Source: Azolla caroliniana
Taxonomy: Eukaryota; Plantae; Polypodiophyta
Length of the DNA: 64,000 bases
Assembly: GCA_043228905.1 (NCBI GenBank)
Contig: JBHGNT010000006.1
Location: 8,494,001-8,558,000, forward strand
Direction of reading: 5' to 3'
A program made the translations under genes and the position numbers. Below the pieces are notes generated by a model, which worked only from the letters and a program-made list of their open reading frames with translations, had not been told where the DNA came from and did not search any database. Positions within the stretch are counted from its first letter, which is position 1; each line of letters begins with the position of its first letter. Below are positions 47,422 to 61,848 of this stretch, piece after piece.

Positions 47422-49439
47422 TCATATGGATTCTGCCCAATTGGCTTCACTTCCCACCCTATGCATGCTTTCCTGCCTTGCTATGTCTCTGTGTGCCATA
47501 TCCACCTTGAACCCTGACCCTAAGGCTTGGCCTTGACTATCAATTCTTGGGACTGGTTTCAGCTTCTGCAGTGGATGCTCAAAGCTCTGAAGGCCATTGT
47601 GAGATGAGAAGAAACAACCTGTTGCCAATGGTTCCACCTCCATCGCATCAATAAATCCAATAGAAAAAAATCGATGGGTAAAAACCCACAATATAAAAAT
47701 ATCATGAGTTTATTGGTAATTTTGCTTATCAATTTGGGGGGTTATCCTCAACATGTTCTCAATTATAAATTTTGGGGGAAACAGGCCACACTAAAATCAC
47801 AATTGAACTCTTATATAAATTTGTGGATTTTCCACAGCCTCGCATCAATAGTTCAGGTGTATCACTGAAAGCTACACTTCCACTTAGTAATTACATGTAA
47901 GAACATTTGTACCTGACGGAAATGGAGCAAAGGATTTCCCACAGCCTCGCATCAATACTTCAGGTGTATCACTAAAAGCTAGACTTCCATCAGCCGCTGT
48001 ACCCCAATAGAATGGAATCTTACCCTCGCCATCCTAAATTAGCATAGCCATAGAAACGCAATGTTAAAATCCAGAGGACTGCAATGAGCAGCAAGCCATA
48101 CTTGACTAAGTCAATGTAAATTATTAACATAATAAACAGAAGTTACTCTACATGCAGGAAAAACATCAAATAATGTAATGTTGAGTATAAGAATGAGATA
48201 TTAGATTCTTACATCTTAATAGATCAGTCATAGTTCTCTATATTGGCATTATTAGCACAGTGCAGATGCTTGATAACTTAAAGAAGAACCAACTACAAAC
48301 CACACATGTTAATCGTAGAAAGCATCTGAGAAGTGACCATCAACATAGACAAAAATATAAAAGGTAGCTATTACACAAACAATTATTTAGAAAATATATC
48401 ATATGATTGTCCAACTAAAGCAATGTCCTACACCAAATGAAGATAGAAGTAGAGAATGAAAATAAATTTCTGACCAAAGCAATGCCCAACACCAAAACAA
48501 ATTTCTAATCAAGGTAGACTCAAGAAATGGCTAAAGTAGAGTAACTCCAATACTGAATGATTTTAAGAATTCATTAAAAGCAAAACCGAGACTGACCCAC
48601 ATAACAATCATATACCCATACAAATATAACACAGGAATGAGGATGCACGAACATTAGAAATTTAGTTATAAGCAGCTGAAATTGAATTCCAATAAAATGG
48701 ATGGACTCAATCAAGCATGCATAAACACATGAGAATCACATGCATACATACAAATGAAGATATACGCCCATATACATAGTCTCAATTAGAAATATAAGAT
48801 GCGCTAGGGTACAGTGGTTAGTAAATATCATTCATGACGCAAAAAACTAAGGATAAGAAACTTACCACAGCAACAAATACATTGCGACTGGTTGAGTCAT
48901 ATAAAACAAAGACGAACTGTCCATTAAGATCAGCAACAACTTTGTCGGCAGGAAAAGGGCCTCTATCGCGTAAGGTTCGATATGCCTCAATAATTACCAT
49001 TACTTCTGTTATATTTTTCGCAAGACCATATTCTTGCCTTAACACAGGCAAGTTGCTCAAGTTGCCTTCAAACAGGCAAAATATCCCATCAACAGCAGCA
49101 AAGGACCTGCAGAAATGTGACCAGATCCATATAGGTCATTGCACACAACAATCCCAGAGACCATCTCATTCTCCAGTGGACAATAATACAATCTATCTAT
49201 CTATCTATCTCTCACACACGCACATACACAAACACACACCTTGGCGTTAGCAAAGCTTGCTTATGGTGAGTGTAAGACAAACCCCCAGCTTGAGGAAGCA
49301 AGATATGAAGAGCCTCGGGTGTCTGGGATGCAAACGAATCAAGGATCTCTAGGCCTGGCTTCCTGTCATCAGGTCGTGTGCTCGGGCTGCAAAGCTCTTG
49401 TGGCCCATTAGCAACTGAGCTGTTGAACACGGCCAACAT
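47422..49439 (-). CDS. TSJT1/Wali7/AILP1-like protein (DUF3700, Ntn-hydrolase/GATase-7-like), 252 aa; exons 49439-49240, 49106-48866, 48033-47913, 47618-47422
   Basis: MLAVFNSSVANGPQEL...; IIEAYRTLRDRGPFPAD; YWGTAADGSL...CGKSFAPFP; LQSFEHP...PRIDSQG...RVGSEANW. Exon lengths sum to 759 nt with canonical splice sites. Confidence 0.93.
47825..47882. repeat. 58-bp intronic copy of part of exon 3 (47932-47989) of the DUF3700 gene
   Basis: Direct repeat with about 4 mismatches. Confidence 0.9.
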
Positions 49440-50751
49440 CTTCTCTCTTTTTGTTAGAGATTGGTTTCTTCTTTTTCGGTATAAGCAAATACCTACCTGT
49501 ACACGATTCATTAAGCTTAAGCAATCAGACACACATCACTTTCTATTTCAAGTCAAACAGACTAAGGTTTGATCTCATCATTCTTATCCCACAAGTTTCT
49601 AGTTCAAGCAATGAATGGATAAGGTCGATCAATGACACAGCATTCTAGTTCAGTAAAAAGAGACGCACAGTGGATAGTACACTTTTCAAGAAGTCAAAGC
49701 ACATATTTATCATACACTGAATTCTAGTCGCAGCACATTTTTCAGAGATAAAACAAGGAGCATAAAAAGATTCTAATTTCTCTCAGAGACAAAATTCATC
49801 AATTTATCTTTACTTTCTCGTTCAGATTGAACTAACTTAAGTTCCAGGAAATGATAATTGCTCGTGAAATAAATATCTTTGTGTCTATAAACGCTCAATT
49901 AGCCAAAAAAATTGCTCTTTTAAAAAAATCAGAAAGCTCATCAAAAGAAAATAAAAATTCCGAGCTAAAAACCGAATTTCCCTGAGCATAAAACTAGCGC
50001 CAGAGAAAGGAAACAGAAAATAATACGCAGATAATTGGTGATAAAGAGAAATGTTTTCCATAATGCTTTTGTTACCACTGAACTAGAAATACATCCAGAG
50101 ATACGAAGCCGAAATTATCTCTACGTGTCTGTGAGCAAGATAAGATCAGAATAAAATGAGAATTAAAGAAAATGCGGAGGAAAAGACAGAAATATAATTT
50201 ATAACTCTGAGCACACAACGCGGAGACAATGAGCAGAGATTCTCTACTTCTCTAAAAACACAGAACTGCACAAAAGAAACATTAGCATTTCATGGAACTA
50301 GAAAGAAAATACGGCGGAAATACCAAGGAAGATATTCCTGCGCGCATCATCTTTGCATTTTCTTTCTATTACCTTGAAGTGAACCAAAAAGTAGTTATCT
50401 AGTCCACGATGTATCCGCACACAGATCTGAACTTTGGAAAGTACTAAACAGAAAATGTGAATGGGAGGAGAGATTTTATGAATCGAACACAAAAAACTAG
50501 GTACAAAGACTGAAAAAGTAATTAACACTAAACAGAGGGAAGAGACAGAACACAATAACTGGATTAATAGAGAAATATGCAGAAAGTGAAGCGAAACGAG
50601 CAAATACACATGATGCAGCATAAAACAGAGACGTAAACAAGAGAAGGTTCCCAAGAAGTAGCTCCAAATATCCGAATTTTGGGAGACAAGCGGATGAGTG
50701 GTGAAGACTGCTTTCGAGTGAGGAGGGAACGGGCCAAAAGATCGTAAATTT

Positions 50752-50814
50752 TTCTTCTTCTTCTTCTTCTTCTTCTTCTTCTTCTTCTTCTTCTTCTTCT
50801 TCTTCTTCTTCTTC
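50752..50814. repeat. (TTC)n microsatellite in the probable 5' UTR intron
   Basis: Perfect trinucleotide run. Confidence 0.95.
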
Positions 50815-51308
50815 CACGAGGATTACATGGAAAGAAACGGACGGAAGGAAGAATGGTTTAGGTGAGAGCAGGAGCATGGCATAGATTATATAAGCATCCT
50901 CTTCGTCCAAAGAAAATGGCAGAAAAGAAAGAATATGGAAAAGTGAGCGAATGGAAGGAAGAAACATTTTACCTGAGCTGGAAGGTGTGATCTCTTCAAG
51001 AGGAAGGTAAAGAGGAAGAAAGGATGGAAGGGAGGAGAATGATTTACTTTACCTGAGGAGGAGGAATAACGACACTTTCTTGCTTCGGGGTAGAGCTCCT
51101 GATGGAGATGGAGATGGAGATGGAGATGGAGATGGAGATGGAGAAGGAGAAGGAGGCCTCTTTGTTCTGTCCGATCTTCAGGTCTTGCGTCTTTTAGGTT
51201 AAAAGCAGCAGAGGCATCGATTTCTGCAGGAGAAGCGAAGCAGCAGAAGGGAAGGAAGGGAAGGATTTGAGTATATCACGCAGGCTTTAGATATGTATAC
51301 ATATAGAC

Positions 51309-51313
<5 letters not shown>

Positions 51314-51357
<44 letters not shown>

Positions 51358-51396
51358 TAAATCGCCACGTTAAAAATTCTAGGAAGCTGGTTTTTC

Positions 51397-51454
<58 letters not shown>
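51314..51454. repeat. Opposed (AG)n and (CT)n microsatellites upstream of the DUF3700 gene
   Basis: (AG)~19 at 51314-51352 and (CT)~26 at 51402-51454. Confidence 0.9.
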
Positions 51455-51456
<2 letters not shown>

Positions 51457-51794
51457 CTCCCAGGCGGTATATGGATTGGGGCGGTTTTTGGGGGGAAGGC
51501 AGGAAAATCCCAAAAACCAGCCACCCCCTCAAAACCGCTCGACCCGATCGTTTTCACACCTCCCTGTCCCGTTTGTCCGGACACACACTCCAAAATCAAA
51601 CACGGTGCCCAATCAATCACACCTCTGAACCAAAGTAAAATAATAATACGCACCAAAGAAGAGGTATGGTATGTACATACATATATGTATGTACCTTTCA
51701 TTGCCTTCTTCTTCGTCTTTTTCTCTTTCTTCCCATTACTTTTTCAAGCTCTTCTTCCATAGAAGATAGATCCACACTAAGTTTTGTTCCCATG

Positions 51795-51836
<42 letters not shown>

Positions 51837-52039
51837 AAGTCATCAATTTTGAGAGACCGAGTTCAATCCCCCACCACAAGTTAGTGCCCGTCCCATTGGC
51901 CACAATCGGTTCGTCTCTTTGGGTTACCTTAGTGCTAAGTTGTTATACTCGCTCTACGCACTAGGTTCGAGAACCAATTATCTCATCTCTCTATTACACC
52001 ATACATATTCTCTTAATTTACTAGATGCTACAACAGATT

Positions 52040-52094
52040 GTAGAGGTTGAACCTATGACCCTGGCCTACATTGGGCAACCTTACCAATTGAGCT
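52040..52094 (-). other. tRNA-like/SINE-head cassette homologous to the one in the Tcn1-like LTRs
   Basis: Minus strand AGCTCAATTGGTAAGGTTGCCCAA...GGTCATAGGTTCAACCTCTAC, compared with 62053-62109. Confidence 0.65.
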
Positions 52095-55000
52095 CTCTCT
52101 CTCTCTCTCGTCTTGAATGCTCTAGATGCTCGTTCTCCAGACTAGGAACTATATTAATTCGTGAAAACGTATTCTTTTTTAGTAGGTTGCTTGAGTTCCA
52201 TGTCTGAGTAAGGAACTTGGTCCCACTATAAGCGTTAAGGTTTGTTCCAGTGCTTAGATTCTTGACCTTAAGCTTCAAGACCAAACCCATCTTTAACAAC
52301 TTGTTTTGGTTTCTACCAATGTTCACTGCTTCATGTTCTTTTGCATAGTTGAGTTCCAGGAACTTTTCTCCAAAACATTGATAACGTTCTTTTGGCCAAC
52401 CACACAACCAACCCAAAGGGAATCTCATAAACTAGAAGTTTCTTAGAAATCTTTGATATGATTAGAATACATTACGTATGCCAAATTCATGCATCAAGAA
52501 AAATGCCCTCCTAAGAGGCAATTGTTCTTCGGTTGATACATGATGATGTGGTAGCCCAAACGAGTGACTTTACATTACTTATTCAATCTATAATTCATAA
52601 TCTACGGTAATTTCACGAATCAAGAACGTGTCATAACACCACAACATTGTCATCAATGTTGTGAATCAAAATTTTAGCATTTTTCCACAACGTTAATTAT
52701 TTTCATTTCCACGTCATTGTTGGACCTTCGGTTACATGCAAAGAATATTACCAAAATTTAGATATATGCCATTTGCCTCATGTCGATACCAAGATGTATT
52801 ATTAGAAGACATGCCAAAGTTTCTACATCGAATAGAATTGTAGACTATATTTGTCCATACTCGAACTTTATTCACAGTATACAATAAGAACAAACTCTTG
52901 TTTGGTGTTTATTATGACAAATTGCTTGTCAATAAGGGATGCTATACTCAATTGAACCAGTTGATGGTTGTTGACACTCATTGTGTTGAAACTAAAAGGT
53001 CTAGTTGTGATATCTATGCATACTACTTACACAAGAAACAATTAATGGGCATACACGTGGAAATGTTGATGGTTTTATGTTGCAATTACATGTTTTTCAT
53101 GGATATTTATTGAGTGGATTGTGTAGTAGTGTTGGCATAACTTGTCACTTAATAAATGAAATTTCTTAGAGAAATACAAAGCCCAATGAACCACAAGTAC
53201 AAATCAATGATGAATCCATTAGGCCATCACGTCGATGAGTTTTGATTGTTAATGTCTACATGTTGCTTCTTCTTTTTCTAGATAAGATACTTAATGACTT
53301 CTATTTTGGAGTTAGGACTTGAGACATCCCAAAATCTCGCCTCCGAACGAAGCAATGTAACATCTACATAAATAGTTAAGAGCTCAAGAGATGAGAACAA
53401 ACCTTTCCTATGGCAAGGGTCCTCAATATTAAAGATGCATCCCTAACAAGAAATATATACACACATAGATTCACCAATGCTTCCATCACAGGTACTCTCG
53501 GGACACTACATATTATTATACTAATATTACATGTTTCTCTAATATTTGTTGGAAATGCAAGTTTCTTTTAGACTTTTGATTGTGGAAACCTATGTGGGTC
53601 ACACTTTTTACGGTTCCTCCATGTAATGGTCCTTTTCACACGGAAACATGGATACCCTTGGCCCACAAAGAAGCACAGTGTGCATGAGCACAACACAAAT
53701 AATGCAAGTCTATTAAATAATCACATTCATTATTTATGTGACCCAAGCCTGATGTTCGTCGTCTTTTTGATAGTTACCTCAAATATGGACATGGAATTTT
53801 ATCTTCACAATTGTAACACAATTTCCCTATCGCTACAATAAAGGCCCAAGGGGTTCCAAAAGCCTATTGACTTCCAATTATATATATCCATGTCTATGAT
53901 TAATTATTGGCAAAAACAAGTATTTTAAAGTTAAGGAAGTTGATGTTTTGGATAATGTGCCACAATGGGATTCGGGATTTAGTGGGATCTAGGGTTGTCT
54001 TTGTTATCATTAACATGTGACTATGGTTCCATGTATCCTTTTTTGCCATCATGTTTTTCCGTTGTTTAGTCCCATTCTAGCGATGGTCAAGGAGTGATGT
54101 GGGCTATTACTAAGTGCATTGCTCTACACAATTTGAGGATTTCATATCATACCTATCGACAAAACAAGGCATGCTTTAAAATGGATCATCAATTGCATTG
54201 GTCGTTGTAAATAGAAACTTACAAAGGAGAGAAATGAGTTATTCCATATGTTCATAAGACTTTGAGAGAGTTATGAGAAAAGTGACCTTGTATTTAGGAA
54301 TAATATGAAGTATCAATGTTGGAATTATAAGGATTTGAAACCATTGGAAGCAAAGCAAATTCTATTTTGGTATAACATTGGATTTTATAAGATATTGAAA
54401 CCATTGTGAGGGAATTACACTCTATTTTGGTATAATGTTGTGTCATTGTTGCATATGAGCCACCCTGAAAATCCAATTTACTTGATTCCATTATCTATCC
54501 TTTGTTGGTAACACAAATCCAAGGGGCTTGATCCAAATCTCTGGCTCCAAACCTTAATACATCCCACCTTGGTCGCTCTAATTGTTTCTATCTTACCAAA
54601 ATAGTCATTATTAGGACAAAGTAAATAATCAACACATTAATTATTGATTAATTATTCCAAATTAGGGTGCTAACTAACTAACAAGGTTTTGTAATTATGT
54701 CCTAGTAGGCATTTTTTAAGTTAATGATAACCTAGAGGTATCGTAATAGAATAGAAATTGAGGGGTATTATAGTATTAAGGTAAGTTTTGAAATGAAGAC
54801 CATGGTAAATACGTAGTATTTGGAAAAAAAGAAATATGAGTTTGAAGCATTCTATCGCTGATTGTTGGGTTTGAAATGAGCAACTTGCACTTGGAGTTTA
54901 TGTAAAGAACCTTAAAATAAGTTTTTTCCATGTTGAGGGTGGGGATGTTGTAAATTGGTTTTGGGATAAAACGCTCGATAAGGCCCTAACAAAACAAGGC

Positions 55001-55229
55001 CGAAAAATCTTCATGTATAACAAATACCCTCGAGCATCTCTCAGAGAATCAAGGCAACCCATTCATTTGTTTGGCAAAAAAAGAGGTAAACATCCTACAT
55101 CACATTATCAAGGCCTATTTTTGAAGGATAAAATGCACAAGATTTGTATGCAATATGTGGAAACCCATTTTAATTTTACACTTTCTATACGTAAATAATG
55201 CACTCACAAAAATGCGTTCTGGATCTCCC

Positions 55230-55370
55230 TCTTGAACATCGAGAGTCACTACTTAGTTTCACACGTATCACATGAAATATAATATTTTTGGTCTCATAGG
55301 TCATATTTGACCTCCGAAGACGATAATAGAATCCATCTATTTATCTTTCTTTCTTTGTCTCTCTCTCTTT
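55230..55370 (+). mobile_element. Short 3'-end fragment of the same LINE family as 21375-23730
   Basis: Reverse-complement match to 21420-21518 (TTTTTGGTCTCATAGGTCATATTTGACCTCCGAA), followed by a pyrimidine-microsatellite tail. Confidence 0.85.
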
Positions 55371-57456
55371 TTCGTAAATAATGGCTTTCATTACGAAAGA
55401 AAAAAACACCACCATGGCTAACTTACTACAAAGTATAGAACCCTTCTATCAAGGGATCTAAAGAATACTATGACACCAAACTCAATGCCACCCTACACAC
55501 CAATTCAAATGGCGAGTATGTTGACATGTGACCTTGCAGAGTTCTCTCTCTTCCTGGTTGAGATTTCGTGACTTCTCTAGCACTATCAATTGCCACAAAA
55601 GAAGTCCTTTTACTTTAGAACATATTTTTTCACCCCAATTTGCGAATAAAAAATGAAGGCATTCCGCATATTCCAATTGAACCATAGCCCCCAATACCTC
55701 AAGAACTCAAAAATAATTGGAAAATGAGGCATCAGTTCATTGTTCTCCATATGTGCAAAAACCCAACTGAAGGAAGATAGACTTACTCCTGTTAGAGACA
55801 TCCACACTATTATTCATTATTCATTATTCATTGATAGAGACGTTTCTATACAGCTTTATGATTCAACCTTTAATATTCAAAACTATGTGTATTTTCGCTT
55901 TCATTCAGGTCTCAAAAGCAATATACATATTGTGAGCTCTTAGGTTGGCTCATAAATTCCATGTGGTATAGTCTCCTCACATATTTGTGTTTATGTTCAA
56001 TTTCCTAGACTTTAAGCTTAAAACCATTCTAAAATATTGAGCATGCAACAATATGTGTGCAATCTATAATTGAGGATTGGGAAAATCTAAAACTGATGAG
56101 GAAAACTCGACATGGAATGATTGCTTACGTCACAAAATGCCTTATATACATATGTATTATGGATCTTCTCAACAAGGGAGCTAATGTTCGGTTTGCAATT
56201 ATTTTTTCAACTTTGACATTTTCCCCTAGTGATATTGAATGAAGTATTCATGTTCTATTTATTCCTATATGTACACTTATCACCTAGATCACCTACCTTG
56301 ACATGCTTGTAAGGGCATATCCTGGAGCTTCTTAGCCAATCCACATTCCAAACTTTCTAGCCCAAGATTCATATTGAGAAGTATACTAACCAGAAACTGA
56401 CATGCCTTCCTATGTACAATTCATTGGAAAAAGTGTATAATGTGATACGTTTCTTATCAAGTTGATGTTATGTATAATCTTCGAAAATTTTTCTAAAGCC
56501 AGTATCATGCTGGAATGAAGTATCTCGGTCCAATTCCTCCAAAAGGCCACTTGCCTTTTTTGTTGAAGTTATGGTCTTCCTCATCTAAAGTGAAGGAATA
56601 AATGGCATATAAAGAATATTATGGTTCAACTTTATAGTATTCAACTTTTGTCTTGTATATCATATACCTTAATGATGCCTCCTTAACCCATCTAATAGTC
56701 ACTTCCCATCCTAGAACTTCATCACGACTCTACTCTTTGTCATAAAAATTCCATATCTAATGAAAGCAAACACCAATTAGCTATTCTAAGAAATTAAAAT
56801 TCAATGAGTTAATTGTGTTACTTTAACTAACAAGAAAAACTCTAGGATTTAAAAAAAATATCGTGCAATCATGAACGTTGTCAAATTTTAAGAATTGAAA
56901 ATTCAACTAAATGAAAGATAACCCAGACATTCTCTAGGGATATACGTTAGTTGGGAATGGAATGGAAAGGGACTTTTCAGTTGAGAAGGTTTAAATGATA
57001 ATTGTTCTTTCCGCTTACAAACTAAGCCACTTATAACATCATATGTTATGTTTTAGGTCTCACAATCCTAGTTCCTCACAACTTTATAGCCCACCAAATT
57101 TATGGGTTGAAAATTCTCCCATTGTTGTGCACCTCTAATTTCAAGATCATAGCACATTCTATCCCTAGATTCTACGTTGCATAGATGTATCAAGCTAATT
57201 ACCTCATGCTACCCATTGAGTTAGACATTACACAGGGCAATCATGATGCTACCTAAAAGCCCACTCCTCTTGCTCACACTATATATTGTGTCTCTTATGT
57301 AAGTTAAAAAATCTATCTTAAAAGGATAACTAAAGTTTGGATGATCATGGGATTGGTAACCTAGGGGACAATATGTTTTGACACCACCTAACAGTCACGG
57401 ACGAGTAGACGAGGGTAAATACTAAGAGAGAGAGAGCATAGACAAGAGAACAAGAA

Positions 57457-57536
<80 letters not shown>

Positions 57537-57878
57537 GACAAGAGAACAAGAACTGAATTTATGCTTCCGTAATTGGTGTCGTTCACATTGATATCAAGGT
57601 GCATCCGAGTATATATACAAGAAGGTGGAGGTATGCATGTAAGCTAGGAATATTCTAGAAAATGCATGAGGATGCCTGCAAGCTAGGAAACTTCTAGTGA
57701 TTAACCTACAATGTAGTAAGTTAAATATTATACAACGATACAGAGATGGATGTAGCTCAACTGGTAAGGTTGGCCAATGGGTTCAACCCCCTACATTCCA
57801 TCGTGGCATCATGTCTATGACATTATCCTCCCCTTAAGGGCGCCTCCTAGGACCCCTCGACTGGCTTATGTGGGTATT

Positions 57879-60800
57879 TTAGTGAAAAACTCGAATGGCC
57901 TCTGGAACATTTTGTAAATGTGTAACTGGTTCCCATGTGGCATCCGAAATGGGGTAACCTTTCCATAAGACCACATATTGGAGTTCTCGACGACGCAAGT
58001 GGGAGTCGAGGATCTGGTCAATCTCGTATTCCTCCCTTTTTGACAATTCCACAAGTGGCAGTGGAGGAAAATGTGAAAAACATTGTGAATCATGAATGAT
58101 GGGGGAAGTGCTAACCCGAAGGCGACCTGGTTTATTCACTCGATGATATGGAAGGGGCCTAGCTTTTTGTAGTCCAATTTTGCGCAAGGACGTGTGGTGG
58201 CGATGTGGCGATATAACAGCCAAACCACGTCCCCGATTGGGTGTGACCAAGCGATGTTGGTTAGCTTGATCTTTATATTGGTCTCTAGCGATACAGAGCT
58301 CAAGGGAGAGGTCATGATGGACATTGTGTAAAGTGCGGGCACACGTCTTTGCTGAAGGATTGATCGAATTTGCAGGAATGGAAATGCCGAAACAATGGTG
58401 AAATCCATACTTTGCAAAGAATGGGGAAACCTTAGTTGAAGCATGGATACTATTATTGTAGGCAAATTCCACCATTGTAAGGAACTCCACCCAGTCCTCT
58501 TGTTGGTAGCTCACGGTACATCGGAGGTATTGTTCGAGGATTTGGTTGCCTCTTTCAGTTTGTCCACCAGTTTGAGGATGGTATGCCGATGGCAAGTTTA
58601 CAGAAGTCCCGAATGTTTATAGGACAGAAGTGGGAGATGAATTGAGAACCTCGGTCAAAAGTGATATCCTTGGGTAAGTCGTGTAGTGGAACGACACTTT
58701 TAAGAAAAATGTCAGTTGTCTCCTCCCCCAAAGTGGTTTTGGAACAGGGGACAACATGAGCCATCTTCGAAAACCAATCGACAATCACGAGCACCATGTC
58801 ATGGTCACCGACACGAGGGAGGTCGGTTATAAAGTCCATGGAGATGGAGGCCCATGGTCGACTTGGAATTGGGAGCGGGTGGAGAAGATCGTATGGTCGA
58901 TGGTGAACCGCTTTGGAGTGAGCACATACGTCACACATCTTGATAAATTCCTTGACAAATTTCCAAGATTGGGGCCACCAAAACCCCCCGAGATAGCAAC
59001 TCTAGTGTTTTCGTGACCCCAAAGTGACCGGCAAGAGGATCATCATGAAAGTTTTGTAGTACCCATGATTGACACGATCCTTCTGGAATGTATAGGAGGT
59101 GTTTACGATATAGTAACCCATCCCGGGTTGTAAATTGGTTGAGATCTGAGCTTTTTGTTTCTCGGTATGGGTCATTGATGCCGAAACAAGGGATGGGATT
59201 CACCCTTGTTTCTTTGCAACTTTGCACACTACATCTTGCAACTTGCACGTTGCATTGATGCCGAAACAAGGGCCATGATTTCGTTAGCAAATGGGTTTGA
59301 CATGGTTGCTTTGGCGATGTCGTTGAGCAAAGAATCATCATGCAACATGCAAGTTGTAGTGTGCTAGTGTCGTCTGGTTGGGACAAGACAACTTCAATGG
59401 CAAAGTCGGAGGCATTGGTTTCAACCTGGAAGGGTCTCGTGGGGTCGGGGTGGACCAACATCGGGGTTGCAAGAAAAGCTACCTTGAGGGCATCAAAAGC
59501 ACTTTGTGCCGCGGGGGTCCAAAGGTTGCACTAAGGATAAAAACCCGTTGATAAATCGTCGATAGAAATTTGCGAAACTAAAATGAGCTACCTCTTTCAA
59601 CTGAGTAGGGACATGCCAATCGGTGATTGCTACTACCTTGCGTGCATCCATTGTGATCTTGGAGGGTAAGATCACGTAGCTTAGGAATTCAATAGAGGTC
59701 CGATCAAATTCACATTTCTCCCTTTTGGCGTAAAGTTGATGTTCCCGATGTTTGGTTAGAACTAGTTGGACGTGTTGTGTGTGCTCCGCTATGTTGGAAG
59801 AAAAAACTAGGATGTCATGAAGGTATATGACCACAAAGTGATCGAGATAATCCTGAAATTTATTGTTCATCATGTTGTGGAAGACTGTCGGGGAGTTGGT
59901 GAGATTGAAAGGCATCACCTTGTACTCGAAATGTCCATAATGTGTCTAGAAGGCTCTAGAAGGCCGTTTTCCACTCATCTCCAGGTTTGATGTGCACCAG
60001 ATTGTAGGCTCCCCGAAGGTCGATTTTGGAGAAGATACGCCTGGTTCGGAGTCGATTGAGGAGTGTTGGAATTAAGGGCAAGGGATAATGATTACGCACC
60101 GTAATTTTGTTGAGACCCCCGGCGATATTCCACACATAGTTGTATTGAGCCATCCTTCTTCTTGACAAATAAGATTGGGGCCCCAACCAATGATTTGGAG
60201 AGTTGAATGAAGCCCTTAGCGAGGTTTTCATCCAGATATGTGCGAAGAGCCTCAAGTTCGGGTTCAGATAGCCCATAGATGGGCCCAAATGGTGGATGCG
60301 CACCATCTTGGAGTTCGATTGGGCAATCATAGGGGCAATGCGCTAGTAATTGATCTACATTTTGCTTTTCGAACACATCCAAAAAGTCGTTATATCTTGC
60401 GGGCAAATTGGTAATAGGAATAGAGACGTCCCTTGACACAACGGGCACTAAAGCGACAAAGCTAGAATCAACCACAATGGAATTAGCAGTGTGGGAGATT
60501 GAGTTGAAATCGGGAGAATGCGTAGGCAAGTTGAAAGCAGCCCCCACACAAGTAATGTTGTGGGGAGTTGTGACCCGCGTTGGTGTCTGTGAAAAAGTGA
60601 TGGAGCGACTACATCGATCCACGATCATATTGTGTGTTTCCAACTAGGATTGCCCTAAAATAATCGAATGTTGAGGGGTTGCAATGAGGTAGAACTTAAT
60701 AACTCCTAGTGGGGCCCGACTTGAAGTACCAACGAGATAGTGGCTTCGGTAACCGCCCTCGAGAGAGAACTTGTCCGTCGATAGCTTCAACGGATGTAGG

Positions 60801-61735
60801 TTGTGTTGTGTGAACGGTGGCATATTATGTGCTCAGACGAACGAGATATTGATATTTAAATAGGTAGATGCACAGGAATCGAGCAAGGCATGAGATTGTA
60901 TTGAAGTAGACCCAAGACAAAGACTTACTTGTAAAGTAAAACCTCTTGATGGCGTAACTGAATTGTAGGAGCATGTTCGAGAAGTTGGGTAATGGAAAGC
61001 ATCCAACGGCATGGCTCCTACTACAGCTAGACTTGGTTGTTTTCTTGTTGTCGAGAAACCTCCGCAAGCCGTGCACGGTGGGATTGGCACCGAGGGCCTT
61101 ACACCGGGCAGTGGTGGATGACATGGCCAGGGGTACCACAATAGAGGTAGAGGTCATTGTCACGACGATGTTGTCCTTGGGCATCAGTCTATGGTTGGGA
61201 CCGAGCATGGTCGATCTCCATCAAGGTATGCGGATCGACCTCCATCTGGGTATGAGTATTATTGGAGGATGGCAACCGTGGCGTGGTTGGTGAAACTGAT
61301 ACATATGGCCTCAAGCTCCGCAAGGAAGATAGGAAAGTTCTCTAAGAGTGGGGATGAGGTCTCGACAAATGATGCAAACCACGCTTGTGCCAGTTCGGAG
61401 AGAAGGGTGCCAACAAGGCCGACCCAAGAAAAATTGTTAACATAACGTTGGGGTTGTAAACGGATGATAAACTGAATTTGATTGATGAAACCGTGAAGAT
61501 GCGCCCTCGAGCCGTTGAATTTGTCAAGTAGGCTGACGCTAGGTTTGAGGACATATGGATGGGAAGAGGAAGGGGTTGGGCTAGGTGCTGACAAGGGTTG
61601 TGGCTCGGCGGGTGGGGGATTGTTGGATGTGCCATTTTGAAGCTCTCGTAATGATTCATGAAGGATTTCATTTTCTAGTTGAAGTTGTTGCAAGGCTTAT
61701 ATTACTTGGTTTAAGTTGTTGACGGAGTCAGACAT
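57879..61735 (-). pseudogene. Chromovirus gag-pol pseudogene
   Basis: DKFNGSR gag; ALLDSCAS protease; [14 protein letters not shown]; VETNASDFAI RNase H; SISMDFITDLP/AYHPQTGGQTER integrase; EEYEIDQILDS...WKGYP..DATWEP chromodomain. Confidence 0.92.
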
Positions 61736-61750
61736 GGTATCAAGAAGAGG

Positions 61751-61761
61751 AAGGTGAACAA
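61751..61761 (-). promoter_or_regulatory. Self-priming-type PBS (complementary to the LTR, not to a tRNA)
   Basis: Minus-strand TTGTTCACCTT pairs perfectly with AAGGTGAACAA at 61885-61875, about 30 nt downstream of a TATA-like box. Confidence 0.75.
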
Positions 61762-61793
61762 ACTGTCACAGACGAGTACACGAGGGTAAATAC

Positions 61794-61848
<55 letters not shown>

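Noticed and set aside
50497-51884. Poly-E, ER-repeat and SL-repeat ORFs
   Set aside because: They are translations of microsatellites in the UTR and promoter region.
52200-57300. Genes or DNA-transposon relics in the AT-rich interval
   Set aside because: The short ORFs have no recognisable motifs and cannot be supported by eye, apart from the LINE 3' fragment.
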